The position numbers and the translations under genes are program-made. From a virus: a stretch of 64,000 nt of DNA. Numbering within the stretch: the stretch's first letter is position 1; each line of letters opens with the position of its first letter. Where the stretch lies: the IMG/VR virus record IMGVR_UViG_3300043410_001242, one strand, 5' to 3'. Under the pieces are notes generated by a model that was given only the letters and a program-made list of their open reading frames with translations, was not told the origin of the DNA and did not search any database. Shown in pieces: positions 1 to 10,249 of this stretch.

Positions 1-102
1 CCCATGATGAGGCATCGTCCTGCATCACAGGATGTAATCAAAAGTAACAAGACCAATAACAATAAATAGTAATACAAACTTATAAGTTTTAGGAGAAATA
101 AA

Positions 103-687
103 ATGCCATCTTGGGGTAATACCGACTCACTTGCGGATAAACCACACTTTCCTTTTGAAAGACAGGTTCGTCCTTTCGCTTCATTCGTTACTGCTAACAC
201 TACCAGCGCAGGCAACACCATTGTATTCACTGGTGTGAACTCGGCTACTGCTGCCAACGTTGGTGTTGTTGCTGGAATGTATGTTTATTGTGCTAATGTA
301 TCAACTACTGGTGAACAGGAGTTCTTTGTATCAAATAACGTTGTAAGATCAGTAAGTGGAAATACCATTACACTGTCAAATAATGTTTTTGGTTCAATTG
401 CATCTGGTACAACCGTAGATATTGGTGTCGCAATCCAATATAATTCAAATGTTGCAAACACATACTTTGCCGACACCGTTCTTGTATCAACTACTCGTAT
501 GGCCAACACTGTTGGTTTTGCAAATACTGAAACCAGTCATCCAGGTTGGGTATATGTACAAACTGGAACTGGTGGTCGTGCAGGTCGTGTCCAAACTGAA
601 GTTCTTGTTGCTCTTGCGAACACTGCTACTGCAAATGTTCTTTCAGGTAACACAAGTAACTCACAAGTCTACTACGCTGGACTATAA
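103..687 (+). CDS. hypothetical protein, possibly virion-associated (T/N/G/V-rich)
   Basis: AGGAGA RBS; AATAAATA late-promoter-like motif at 61-68; beta-rich composition. Confidence 0.55.
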   Translation: MPSWGNTDSLADKPHFPFERQVRPFASFVTANTTSAGNTIVFTGVNSATAANVGVVAGMYVYCANVSTTGEQEFFVSNNVVRSVSGNTITLSNNVFGSIASGTTVDIGVAIQYNSNVANTYFADTVLVSTTRMANTVGFANTETSHPGWVYVQTGTGGRAGRVQTEVLVALANTATANVLSGNTSNSQVYYAGL

Positions 688-716
688 TATAGGGGGATTT
701 ATTTCCCCCTTACATT

Positions 717-1100
717 ATGCAAAATCTAACTGAAGACAACTTTCTGATATATGCAATGAAGTGCTATAATGCGCCTCATTGCATTATGTCGGAGTTTGAA
801 AGTGACATCAAGAGAACTAAATATCTAAAGAGATTGTTTCGTAGATATAAAGTAACAAAAATATTAAAAGAAAGACTAATACTCAATCATATAATTCTAT
901 TAAATAATGTTTTTGGTCCTGTACCAACATCAAGAATATTATTTTATAAAATTGATGAACGCGACTATGATATTCTAAAAACGTTCTTAGAATATCTGGA
1001 TATAATGCCAGAAGAGGTCAGAGGCATTAGAGGTAAGATCATACACACTTCTGATATTCCCTTAGATAATAACATCGCAGAGATACTGTTAAAGATATGA
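717..1100 (+). CDS. conserved T4-like phage hypothetical protein
   Basis: 127-aa ORF (LKERLILNHII motif) in a tightly packed operon. Confidence 0.6.
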   Translation: MQNLTEDNFLIYAMKCYNAPHCIMSEFESDIKRTKYLKRLFRRYKVTKILKERLILNHIILLNNVFGPVPTSRILFYKIDERDYDILKTFLEYLDIMPEEVRGIRGKIIHTSDIPLDNNIAEILLKI

Positions 1101-1495
1101 AAACATTCAAACAATTCCTAGAAGAAATGAAAAACCCTTGCTGGAAGGGTTATAAAGCATACGGAATGAAAAAGAAGGGTGGAAAAACCGTTCCTAATTG
1201 TGTCAAAGAAGAAACTCAATTAGATGAAAAGTCTGCTGCATGGCAACGTAAAGAGGGAAAGAACCCAGAAGGCGGTCTCAACAGAAAGGGTATTGCATCC
1301 TATCGTAGAGAGAATCCAGGTTCTAAGTTAAGTATGGCAGTAACTACTCCACCATCTAAACTAAAGAAGGACAGTAAAGCCGCAAAACGCAGAAAGTCAT
1401 TTTGTGCAAGAATGGGTGGTATGCCTGGTCCAATGAAGGATGAAAAGGGTAGACCAACCAGAAAGGCATTATCACTAAGAAAGTGGAATTGCTAA
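1097..1495 (+). CDS. basic hypothetical phage protein
   Basis: ATGA overlap with previous ORF; MKTFKQF start. Confidence 0.6.
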   Translation: MKTFKQFLEEMKNPCWKGYKAYGMKKKGGKTVPNCVKEETQLDEKSAAWQRKEGKNPEGGLNRKGIASYRRENPGSKLSMAVTTPPSKLKKDSKAAKRRKSFCARMGGMPGPMKDEKGRPTRKALSLRKWNC

Positions 1496-1686
1496 TGAAA
1501 TCATTCAAACAATTTATAAATGAAGATGGAATGGGTGGCGGAGCAATTGCCGCTGGCCCAACCAACGTAGTTGGTAGTGGTGCAATTGCTGGTAGCGGGG
1601 GAAAAGGCGGTGAACCAGGCGTTCATATGAAAAAGAGAAAAAACAGTCCGGTGATGGGATATATTAGACGGAGAAAAACTGTATGA
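1495..1686 (+). CDS. small Gly-rich hypothetical protein
   Basis: TAATG coupling; MKSFKQF start like its neighbour. Confidence 0.55.
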   Translation: MKSFKQFINEDGMGGGAIAAGPTNVVGSGAIAGSGGKGGEPGVHMKKRKNSPVMGYIRRRKTV

Positions 1687-2297
1687 TTTTAAATGATTCG
1701 TTATTGTCTAGTATGTTAACACGAAACAAAAATGTATCATCGTTAACAGAAATATTCAATGAGTTGTTTTCAAAATATGAAATAAACACAATAAACAGAA
1801 TCTCTGGATTCTTGGCACAATGTGGTCATGAATCCAATGATTTTACTGTGTTAAAGGAAAACTTGAATTACTCTGCTGATGGTTTAAATAAAGTTTTCCC
1901 AAAGTATTTCAAGAATGCTGGACGAAATGCAAATGACTATGCAAGAAATCCAGAGAAGATTGCTAATGTGGTATATGCTAATAGAATGGGTAATGGTGAC
2001 ACATCCTCTGGTGACGGATGGAAATACAGAGGTCGTGGTGCCATACAATTAACTGGTAAGGATAATTATTCTAGTTTTGCAAAGTATATTGGTAAATCTC
2101 TAGATGAAACTGTATCTTATTGTGAAACATTACAGGGTGCAGTAGAGTCTGCATGTTGGTTTTGGAAAACCAGAAATTTAAATGAGACTTGTGACAAAGA
2201 TGATATCGTCACAATGACCAAAAAGATTAATGGCGGAACGATAGGGTTAGAAGACAGAAAGAAACATTACAATAACAATAAAAAAATTCTTGGTTAA
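1683..2297 (+). CDS. glycoside hydrolase family 19 (chitinase-like) endolysin
   Basis: FLAQCGHES, ENLNYS, YRGRGAIQLTGKDNY and TKKINGG motifs. Confidence 0.9.
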   Translation: MILNDSLLSSMLTRNKNVSSLTEIFNELFSKYEINTINRISGFLAQCGHESNDFTVLKENLNYSADGLNKVFPKYFKNAGRNANDYARNPEKIANVVYANRMGNGDTSSGDGWKYRGRGAIQLTGKDNYSSFAKYIGKSLDETVSYCETLQGAVESACWFWKTRNLNETCDKDDIVTMTKKINGGTIGLEDRKKHYNNNKKILG

Positions 2298-2299
2298 TT

Positions 2300-2797
2300 A
2301 TGTTTATTATACAACTGATACTAGAGAAGGTTTATGAGTTTATCGTAAGCAATTTATTATCTCTAGGTTCTCTCGGTTTAGTATTCTCTTTTGTGGCAAA
2401 GTTTATACCCCAAGTATGGCCGTATAAACGTCCGATACAGATTGCATCAGTTATTATATTGTTGGTTGGTTCATACCTTCAAGGTGGTATCAACAAAGAA
2501 AAAGAATTTCAACAGAAAATTGTTGAAATGCAAATTAAATTAGATGAAGCTGAAAAGTATTCCAAACAAGAAAGTTCTAGAGTGGAAGAAGAAGTCAATA
2601 AGAGACTTAGTGAAATAAAGGGAAAAGTAAATGAAACTAAAAAACAGATTGACAAACACAAAACTGTTATTGATTCTGAGTGTAAGTTATCTGATGTTGC
2701 AAGGATGCTCTACAACCGTTCCGTTAACAATGAAGTTTCCCGAGGCACCGAAGAGTCTAATGACTCCTCCACCTCAACTAGAACCGTTAAAAAGTAA
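2300..2797 (+). CDS. Rz-like inner-membrane spanin
   Basis: N-terminal TM segments then coiled coil; follows endolysin; overlapped by a lipoprotein ORF. Confidence 0.65.
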   Translation: MFIIQLILEKVYEFIVSNLLSLGSLGLVFSFVAKFIPQVWPYKRPIQIASVIILLVGSYLQGGINKEKEFQQKIVEMQIKLDEAEKYSKQESSRVEEEVNKRLSEIKGKVNETKKQIDKHKTVIDSECKLSDVARMLYNRSVNNEVSRGTEESNDSSTSTRTVKK

Positions 2798-2924
2798 TAA
2801 TGTTAGTGACTTGTTATATAATGCTAATGACAACTATGGAAAATATTATGAGTTAAAACAAAAGTATCTTGCCTGGCAGGAATGGTATAAATCACAGAAA
2901 CAAATATACAGTGATATAAAATAA
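2631..2924 (+). CDS. Rz1-like outer-membrane lipoprotein spanin
   Basis: Lipobox LQGC, Pro-rich segment, overlaps 3' end of i-spanin in another frame. Confidence 0.7.
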   Translation: MKLKNRLTNTKLLLILSVSYLMLQGCSTTVPLTMKFPEAPKSLMTPPPQLEPLKSNNVSDLLYNANDNYGKYYELKQKYLAWQEWYKSQKQIYSDIK

Positions 2925-3265
2925 TGGAACTGCCAGAGAATATACAGGTTAATAGTATGTTTTTGATGTATTTGGTATTGGTTATAGTTTTACTTGTTTT
3001 TGTTCGATTTTTGCTAAGAATTGATCATGATAAAAAAGTAACATATAGTTTAATGGACTTAATTGTTGATGATGGTAAGATCCAAGAAAGAAAGGTCACC
3101 AGACTAGGTACATGGATAGTTTCTACTTGGGGGTTTGTTTACTTAATAATTGAAAACAAATTGGACGAGTGGTATTTTGTAGGATATATGGGTGTTTGGG
3201 TTGCAAATGCCATTCTCGGAAAAATTAAATCAGTAAACGACAACCAGGAAGATACAAATGCCTGA
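2924..3265 (+). CDS. membrane protein, holin candidate
   Basis: About three hydrophobic segments; inside lysis cluster. Confidence 0.5.
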   Translation: MELPENIQVNSMFLMYLVLVIVLLVFVRFLLRIDHDKKVTYSLMDLIVDDGKIQERKVTRLGTWIVSTWGFVYLIIENKLDEWYFVGYMGVWVANAILGKIKSVNDNQEDTNA

Positions 3266-3674
3266 TGATCTAACTCAAGTTAAAGTTGATGTGGGTGTCT
3301 TGAAATCCCAAACCGCAACATTAACTACCCTGTGTGAAAAAATGGACAGGGTAATCGAAAAAATAGTTTCACAACAGGAAAAGTATATCTCACAGGTCTA
3401 CGATGACATGGAAAAAAGACGACAGGAAAAAAACGAGGAACTCAAAGAAGTTAATAAGAGAATCGATACTGTCATTGATAAAGTTGAATTGACCGAGCGC
3501 CGCATCATGGACGAGATCCGTGACCTTAGGCAACAAATAACCAAGAGTAACGAAAAGGAAGAACAGGCCATCCATAAGTTAAACGAATGGAAGTGGACCA
3601 TAGCCGGTGGAATTATTGTAATTTCATGGTTGATTTCTCACGTGGATTTTGATACAATAGCCAAACTGTTTTAA
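3258..3674 (+). CDS. coiled-coil protein with C-terminal TM helix
   Basis: Heptad-rich body, WKWTIAGGIIVISW anchor. Confidence 0.55.
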   Translation: MPDDLTQVKVDVGVLKSQTATLTTLCEKMDRVIEKIVSQQEKYISQVYDDMEKRRQEKNEELKEVNKRIDTVIDKVELTERRIMDEIRDLRQQITKSNEKEEQAIHKLNEWKWTIAGGIIVISWLISHVDFDTIAKLF

Positions 3675-3692
3675 CAACCAATCATTTTCGTC

Positions 3693-4709
3693 ATGAGTGT
3701 ATATCTTGATCGCAGTTACCTGATGCAGGTTTCTCCTAAACTTGTCCGTTTCTCACAGAAAAAGGAAGACCTCTACAACTTTAGATGCCCCATCTGCGGA
3801 GACTCGCAGAAGAACAAGACCAGGTGTCGAGGATACGTTTATCGTAAGAAGAACGACTACTTCTATAGGTGTCACAATTGTGGCGCCTCCTTGACATTCT
3901 ATCAGTTCCTGGATAAAGTCGATCCAGATCTTGTCAGACAATATGCTCTAGACAGATATAAGAATGGTGAAACGGGAACACATAATTACCCTAAACCAGA
4001 CTTTAATGAATTCAAATCAAAGCCTGTCTTTAAAAACAAGACTAAGATTAATCTCGATTCGATTGATCAGTTACCTGAAGATCATTTTGCAAAAGTATAT
4101 TGTAAAAATAGATTAATACCTTCAGAAAAACTTAAAAATCTGTATTACACCTCCGATTTTAAGAAGTTTGTCTCTGAAATTGGTGTTAAAAAGGATAAAT
4201 TGGTTGACGGTGACCATCGACTTGTGATACCATTCTACGACAAAGACGGTAATTTAATTGCCTGTCAAGGCCGTGCTCTTGGCGAATCCAAGATGAGATA
4301 CATAACTGTGAAACTGCAAGATGAAGGACATAAGTTCTTCGGTCTTGATACTGTGAATGAAGAAGAAACAATCTATGTTGTAGAAGGACCTATCGATTCA
4401 TTATTCTTAAACAATGCAATCGCAACCGCAGATTCAAATCTAACCTCAGCAACAGAGGCATTTGATAAATCAAAATTTGTTTTGGTGTTTGATAATGAAC
4501 CAAGAAACAAAGAAATTGCCAGTCTAATGGAAAAGGCCATTGATAACCACTTCAGTGTTGTTATCTGGCCTGATATGATCACTAAGAAAGATATTAATGA
4601 AATGGTATTGGATGGATTATCACCTGATGACATTCAAGATATTATAGAAAGGAACACATTTGTTAATTTAAGAGCGAAGATGGAATTTATTAATTGGAAG
4701 AAAGTATGA
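3693..4709 (+). CDS. DNA primase (T4 gp61-like)
   Basis: Zn ribbon NFRCPICGDS...CHNCG; TOPRIM VVEGPIDSLF, DNEPRN, KDINEM. Confidence 0.93.
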   Translation: MSVYLDRSYLMQVSPKLVRFSQKKEDLYNFRCPICGDSQKNKTRCRGYVYRKKNDYFYRCHNCGASLTFYQFLDKVDPDLVRQYALDRYKNGETGTHNYPKPDFNEFKSKPVFKNKTKINLDSIDQLPEDHFAKVYCKNRLIPSEKLKNLYYTSDFKKFVSEIGVKKDKLVDGDHRLVIPFYDKDGNLIACQGRALGESKMRYITVKLQDEGHKFFGLDTVNEEETIYVVEGPIDSLFLNNAIATADSNLTSATEAFDKSKFVLVFDNEPRNKEIASLMEKAIDNHFSVVIWPDMITKKDINEMVLDGLSPDDIQDIIERNTFVNLRAKMEFINWKKV

Positions 4710-5359
4710 AAGTAACATTGAAATCATTTACACACGATGCTGAAGGTGGTCGTAATTTATTAGAACAAATCGCGTATGTCGCAAGGGTATCAAACCCATC
4801 AAATCAAAATAATGATCAAACTGCTGAGAAACTTGTAAATTATCTAGTCAAACATAAACACTGGTCTCCACTTGAAATGGTAGACGCAACCCTAGAAATT
4901 GAAACTACTAGAGATATCGCAAGACAAATCCTTAGACACCGTTCATTTGTATTTCAAGAATTCAGTCAGAGATATGCAGATCCTACTAAGGATTTGGGAT
5001 TTGTAACTAGAGATGCTAGATTGCAAGATCCAAAGAACCGTCAGAATAGTATAGAAATACCAAACCTCCCACTCCAAGAACAATGGGAGACGCAACAAAA
5101 AATCATTACGAATGCTGCACAGGTTGCATATAAATGGGCTATTGTTAATGGTATTGCAAAAGAACAAGCGAGAGCAGTTCTACCAGAAGGTCTAACAGTA
5201 TCAAGAATGTATATGAAAGGATCTATTCGTTCTTGGATTCACTATATACAAATACGTTCTGGAATAGAGACTCAAAAAGAACACCGTGAAGTTGCAATTG
5301 CATGTGCAGAAGCAATTGAACCTATTTTCCCAATGATTAAGGAGTTTGTAAATGAATAG
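4706..5359 (+). CDS. thyX: FAD-dependent thymidylate synthase ThyX
   Basis: HWSPLE and QILRHRSFVFQEFSQRY motifs; ATGA overlap with primase. Confidence 0.95.
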   Translation: MKVTLKSFTHDAEGGRNLLEQIAYVARVSNPSNQNNDQTAEKLVNYLVKHKHWSPLEMVDATLEIETTRDIARQILRHRSFVFQEFSQRYADPTKDLGFVTRDARLQDPKNRQNSIEIPNLPLQEQWETQQKIITNAAQVAYKWAIVNGIAKEQARAVLPEGLTVSRMYMKGSIRSWIHYIQIRSGIETQKEHREVAIACAEAIEPIFPMIKEFVNE

Positions 5360-5711
5360 TCATGATGATGTAAAAGTTTTTATGGAGGCCTGTGGTCAAA
5401 CTGAAACAGGGTTTGGTGAACAATCCAATCTATATTGGAACTTAATCAAAGAAGAATTTGATGAACTATATGAAGCTCTCTGCAATAAGGACCTTGTTGA
5501 AGTTGCAGATGCTTGTGCTGATCTTAAATGGGTAATCGAGGGTCTAGAACACACTCTAAATATTCCGCAACAGGAAGTCTGGGATGAAGTCGCAAGAAGC
5601 AATCTGCAAAAGGTAGATCCAATTACAGGAAAGGTTCTTAAGAGAGCAGACGGAAAGGTTATGAAGCCTGAAGGATGGACACCACCAGATATTAAATCAA
5701 TTTTTGAATAA
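5352..5711 (+). CDS. MazG-like all-alpha NTP pyrophosphohydrolase
   Basis: IKEEFDEL...EVADACADL...EVARSNL...DGKVMKPEGW. Confidence 0.8.
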   Translation: MNSHDDVKVFMEACGQTETGFGEQSNLYWNLIKEEFDELYEALCNKDLVEVADACADLKWVIEGLEHTLNIPQQEVWDEVARSNLQKVDPITGKVLKRADGKVMKPEGWTPPDIKSIFE

Positions 5712-5731
5712 TAATAAGAAGCGAGAGAAAA

Positions 5732-7540
5732 ATGGAAGAATACCTTGGTTTACAAATTGATTTAGATAGAGATTCTTTGTTTGATGAATTGGGCATCAAA
5801 CGATTACAAGAATCTTATATGCGTGAGGACGAAACGTCACCACAACATCGTTTTGCTTTTGTTTCTAAAGCATTTGGTTCCAATCTGGAACACTCACAAA
5901 GACTATATAATTATGCTAGTAAACATTGGTTATCATATTCTACTCCCATTCTTTCGTTCGGTCGTAGTAAAAGAGGGTTGCCAATATCATGTTTCTTAAA
6001 CTTTATAGAAGATACTGCGGAGGGATTAGTTGACAACTTATCGGAAACCAATTGGCTTAGTATGCTCGGCGGTGGGGTTGGCATTGGCTTTGGTATTCGT
6101 TCCGCTGATGATAAGTCTACTGGTGTTATGCCGCATCTTAAGATCTATGACTCCAGTTCTTTGGCTTACAGACAGGGACGTACTCGTAGGGGTTCTTATG
6201 CTGCTTATCTTGACATATCTCATCCTGATATAATTTCATTCTTAGAAATGAGAAAACCAACGGGCGATCCTAACGTCCGTTGTTTGAACTTACATCATGG
6301 TGTTAATATTACAGATGACTTCATGCACATCATTGAAAAGTGCATGATTGATCCAGAATCGAATGATGATTGGGAATTGAAAGATCCACACACCGGTGAA
6401 GTCAGAGAAGTGGTTTCAGCTAAGCACCTATGGCAGATGTTAATCGAAATCAGAATGCAGACTGGTGAACCTTATTTGCACTTTATTGACACAAGTAACA
6501 GACAGTTACCAGATTTTTTAAAGAAAAGAGGTTTGAAAATTAATCAATCTAATCTTTGTTCAGAGATTATATTGCCAACAAATGAAGAGAGAACTGCTGT
6601 ATGTTGTTTATCATCACTCAACTTGGAATATTTCGATGATTGGAAGAATGATACTAATTTCTTGCGTGACGTTGCTGAAATGCTTGATAATGTCCTTCAG
6701 TATTTCATTGATAATGCTCCTGATTCTATCTCTAGGGCACGCCATAGCGCATATAGGGAGCGCTCAATTGGTGTTGGTGCTCTTGGCTTCCATGCCTATC
6801 TGCAACGCAATAGAATTGCTTTTGAAGGTGTTATGGCCAAAGTTGCAAATAACAGAATCTTCAAACATATCAAAGAAGGTTTAGACATTGCTAATATTGA
6901 GATCGGAAAAGAACGTGGAGAGGCCCCTGACGCTGAAGGAACTGGTCGTAGATTCTCACACACATGTGCTATTGCTCCTAATGCATCTTCTTCCATCATC
7001 ATGGGGAACACTTCTCCTAGTATAGAACCATATAGAGCCAACGCATATAGACAGGATACATTATCTGGTGCTTTCATGAATAAGAATAAGCATCTCGACA
7101 CTGTTATTCGTGAATATTGCAACAGTCCAACGCCAGACGGAAAGATTGGAATGGATTATGATGAAATCTGGTCTTCTATCATTGCAAATGATGGGTCTGT
7201 ACAACATTTGTCATGGATGGACGAAATGACTAAAGATGTATTCAAAACATCTATGGAAATTGACCAAAGATGGATTGTAGAATTGGCTGCTGATAGACAG
7301 AATCACATTGACCAATCACAATCTTTGAATTTATTCTTTAGACCTGATGCCAATATTAAATATGTCCACGCTATTCATTTTATGGCATGGAAGAAAGGTG
7401 TAAAGACTCTTTATTACTGTCGTTCAGAGAAAATTGGAAAAGCGGATAAGGTTTCCAAGAAAATTGAAAGAGAAGTTATCAAAGAACTTGATATGACTCA
7501 AATCGCACAAGGAAATGATTGTATTGCATGTGAAGGATAA
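5732..7540 (+). CDS. nrdA: class I ribonucleotide reductase large subunit (no ATP cone)
   Basis: PISCF, SNLCSEI, IAPNASSS, KTLYYCRS, C-terminal CIACEG. Confidence 0.95.
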   Translation: MEEYLGLQIDLDRDSLFDELGIKRLQESYMREDETSPQHRFAFVSKAFGSNLEHSQRLYNYASKHWLSYSTPILSFGRSKRGLPISCFLNFIEDTAEGLVDNLSETNWLSMLGGGVGIGFGIRSADDKSTGVMPHLKIYDSSSLAYRQGRTRRGSYAAYLDISHPDIISFLEMRKPTGDPNVRCLNLHHGVNITDDFMHIIEKCMIDPESNDDWELKDPHTGEVREVVSAKHLWQMLIEIRMQTGEPYLHFIDTSNRQLPDFLKKRGLKINQSNLCSEIILPTNEERTAVCCLSSLNLEYFDDWKNDTNFLRDVAEMLDNVLQYFIDNAPDSISRARHSAYRERSIGVGALGFHAYLQRNRIAFEGVMAKVANNRIFKHIKEGLDIANIEIGKERGEAPDAEGTGRRFSHTCAIAPNASSSIIMGNTSPSIEPYRANAYRQDTLSGAFMNKNKHLDTVIREYCNSPTPDGKIGMDYDEIWSSIIANDGSVQHLSWMDEMTKDVFKTSMEIDQRWIVELAADRQNHIDQSQSLNLFFRPDANIKYVHAIHFMAWKKGVKTLYYCRSEKIGKADKVSKKIEREVIKELDMTQIAQGNDCIACEG

Positions 7541-7543
7541 TTT

Positions 7544-8065
7544 ATGGACCATGATACTGATGAACGTATGGTTAAACTGTTTGATGATGTTTTGTGCCCA
7601 GAACAATGTTCAGAGATCTATAATAGATTAATCAGTGAAGAGTGTTGGTCATTTACAGGACATAGTACCTTTCGTGAAGAAGGGTACATGTTTTGGCAAC
7701 ACGATCTAACAAATAATGATTTTTATTCCGATTTCTTTTTCAATAGAATATTAGAGATAACAGAACAAGATTTTGAATTGGTCAGAGTGTATGCAAATGG
7801 ACAGACCTATGGCCAACCAGGTCATTTGCATGTGGACGGTGAATGTACTGATACTTTCTTATATTATGCAAATCCTGAATGGGATGTCTCTTGGGGTGGT
7901 CATACTGTATTCTGCAATTCTGAAACACTTGAAAATTTCAGTTTTTTACCTAAACCAAATTCAGCTTTGCTGTTTGATAGTCACATACTACATTGTGGAA
8001 TGGATCCATCCAGACATTGTTATGACCTTAGAATATCAATCGCGTTTAAGTTGAAAAGGAAATGA
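7544..8065 (+). CDS. 2OG-Fe(II) oxygenase (prolyl-hydroxylase-like)
   Basis: HVD...WGGHTVF...LH...RISIAFK (HxD...H...R). Confidence 0.8.
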   Translation: MDHDTDERMVKLFDDVLCPEQCSEIYNRLISEECWSFTGHSTFREEGYMFWQHDLTNNDFYSDFFFNRILEITEQDFELVRVYANGQTYGQPGHLHVDGECTDTFLYYANPEWDVSWGGHTVFCNSETLENFSFLPKPNSALLFDSHILHCGMDPSRHCYDLRISIAFKLKRK

Positions 8066-8652
8066 TATACGCTGATTATATATACACCAAGAAAGTCAAT
8101 TTAGACTTAAATAAGATTCGTCAAAGTTGTTTTGTAATGCAAGATTACATTTTTTCTACTTTTGGTAATCAAACCAAATATTACACTGGAGAATCAACAT
8201 TGACAACACAACTATTTCTCAATTATAATTTACTGATGTATCCTAAACCGGGATTTCATCAATTATACTCAGAAATAAAAAACTTCTTCCATGAAGTATA
8301 TGATGGAACATATGAATCATTTTATATGCAAAGTTGGTTGAACTTCTATAATAAGGATGATTTCATAGATTGGCATAGTCACTGGCCAAAAGAAAAGGAA
8401 TCATGGCATGGTTTTTTCTGTGTTGACTGTGGTGAAAACATGAGTGGAACTTTATATCGAATAATGGACGTTCAGAATGAGATATTTGTTCCAAGTGAGA
8501 ACAATTTATTGGTTATAAGTAAAAGTGAGAAAGACATACATAAATCGACCGAGTGGTTAGATGAAAGAAATCCAAGAATAACTATTGCTTTCGATATAAT
8601 TCCAGACAAACACATCGATGTCAATTTACCAAACCACTGGATACCAACTTGA
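8062..8652 (+). CDS. putative 2OG-Fe(II) oxygenase
   Basis: WLN...WHSH...H...RITIAFD pattern. Confidence 0.6.
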   Translation: MIYADYIYTKKVNLDLNKIRQSCFVMQDYIFSTFGNQTKYYTGESTLTTQLFLNYNLLMYPKPGFHQLYSEIKNFFHEVYDGTYESFYMQSWLNFYNKDDFIDWHSHWPKEKESWHGFFCVDCGENMSGTLYRIMDVQNEIFVPSENNLLVISKSEKDIHKSTEWLDERNPRITIAFDIIPDKHIDVNLPNHWIPT

Positions 8653-8663
8653 TAGGATTATTA

Positions 8664-9644
8664 ATGAAGAAAATTAACAACTTAACAGAAGAACGGGCAT
8701 ATTTTAAACCATTTAATTATCCTTGGGCGTATGATGCTTGGTTAAAACACGAACAATCACATTGGCTTCACACAGAAGTTCCTATGCTTGAGGACGTTAA
8801 AGACTGGAAGAAAAAATTAACAAATGAAGAAAAACATTTTCTCACGCAAATTTTTAGATTTTTTACACAGGGAGACATTGACGTTGCTGGCGGTTATGTG
8901 CGTAATTATCTGCCTTATTTCCCTCAACCTGAAATTCGGATGATGTTGACTGGATTTGCAGCAAGAGAGGCATTACACATTGCTGCATATTCACACCTAA
9001 TCGAAACTCTTGGTTTACCAGAAACGACCTATAATGAATTTCTAGAATATACCGAAATGAAAGAGAAACATGACTATGTTATGGATCTTTCATCTAGAAA
9101 TGGAACAAAAGAGAATACAGCCAGACATATTGCAGTATTCTCAGCATTCACTGAAGGTATGCAACTTTTTTCTTCTTTTATTATGTTGCTTAATTTCCCC
9201 AGACATGGTAAAATGAAGGGTATGGGACAGATTGTTACTTGGTCGATTGTTGATGAGACTCAACATGCAGAATCGATGATCAAATTATTCAAGACCTACA
9301 TAGAAGAAAATCGTGAGATATGGAATGATGAACTGAAGTCTTCAATCTACACGGTTGCAGAAAGAATGGTTGAATTAGAGGATAAGTTTATTGATCTTGC
9401 ATTTTCTACCGGTGCAATGGAAAACATTACACACGAAGATGTAAAGAAATATATTCGTTATATCGCTGATCGCCGTTTGATCTCTATGGGACTCAAGGGC
9501 ATCTTCAAAGTAAAAAAGAACCCTTTGCCTTGGGTAGAGGAAATGATTAACGCACCAACACATACTAACTTTTTTGAGAATAGAGCTACAGACTATGCAA
9601 AAGGCGCACTAACAGGAAGTTGGGGTGATGTATGGGCTCATTAA
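8664..9644 (+). CDS. nrdB: class I ribonucleotide reductase small subunit
   Basis: FFTQGD, EALHIAAYS, TEGMQLFSSF, DETQH, NFFENRATDY. Confidence 0.95.
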   Translation: MKKINNLTEERAYFKPFNYPWAYDAWLKHEQSHWLHTEVPMLEDVKDWKKKLTNEEKHFLTQIFRFFTQGDIDVAGGYVRNYLPYFPQPEIRMMLTGFAAREALHIAAYSHLIETLGLPETTYNEFLEYTEMKEKHDYVMDLSSRNGTKENTARHIAVFSAFTEGMQLFSSFIMLLNFPRHGKMKGMGQIVTWSIVDETQHAESMIKLFKTYIEENREIWNDELKSSIYTVAERMVELEDKFIDLAFSTGAMENITHEDVKKYIRYIADRRLISMGLKGIFKVKKNPLPWVEEMINAPTHTNFFENRATDYAKGALTGSWGDVWAH

Positions 9645-9656
9645 CAAGGAATACAA

Positions 9657-9851
9657 ATGTCATTACACAAATCAATCAATGGAGAATGTTCATACTGTGA
9701 ATCTGCATTTTTGATCAATTACTCAGATATGTTAGCATCTAAAGAATATCCAGAATTCTGTCCTTTTTGCGGTGAACCCATCGAAGAATTGTCTGAAGAC
9801 TATATAGAAGAGTCTGAAGATGAATTTGAAGATGAGGAAACATGGCATTAG
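9657..9851 (+). CDS. small Zn-ribbon protein with acidic tail
   Basis: CSYC...CPFCGE. Confidence 0.6.
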   Translation: MSLHKSINGECSYCESAFLINYSDMLASKEYPEFCPFCGEPIEELSEDYIEESEDEFEDEETWH

Positions 9852-10249
9852 AATGGAAATATAATAACGAGATATTCACAGAAGAAATGATTGGTGATAA
9901 CTATGGATTCGTCTATATTATCACCAACAACTCTACAAACAAAAAATACATTGGTAAAAAATTCTTTTATTCCACTAAAACAAAACAAGTTAAAGGCAAA
10001 AGAAAAAGAATTAAAGTATCCAGTGATTGGCAATCTTATTATGGCTCAAATGAGGTACTGAAGGGTGATGTAAAATTATTAGGTGAAGAAAATTTCAGTA
10101 GAGAAATCATACACTTATGTAAATCCAAAGGTGTATGTGGTTATCTAGAAGCAAAAGAACAATTTATTCGTAATGTACTTGAAACTGACGATTATTATAA
10201 TACATGGATTATGGTGAGAGTCAGACAATCACACCTAAAAGGTATTTAA
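9842..10249 (+). CDS. GIY-YIG nuclease (DenA/EndoII-like)
   Basis: GFVYIITN...KKYIGKK, YYGS, YYN motifs. Confidence 0.75.
   Translation: MALEWKYNNEIFTEEMIGDNYGFVYIITNNSTNKKYIGKKFFYSTKTKQVKGKRKRIKVSSDWQSYYGSNEVLKGDVKLLGEENFSREIIHLCKSKGVCGYLEAKEQFIRNVLETDDYYNTWIMVRVRQSHLKGI

Noticed and set aside
1-45. CACAGGATGT CsrA-like motif at the window start
   Set aside because: Single site, probably within the tail of a truncated upstream ORF; context is missing.
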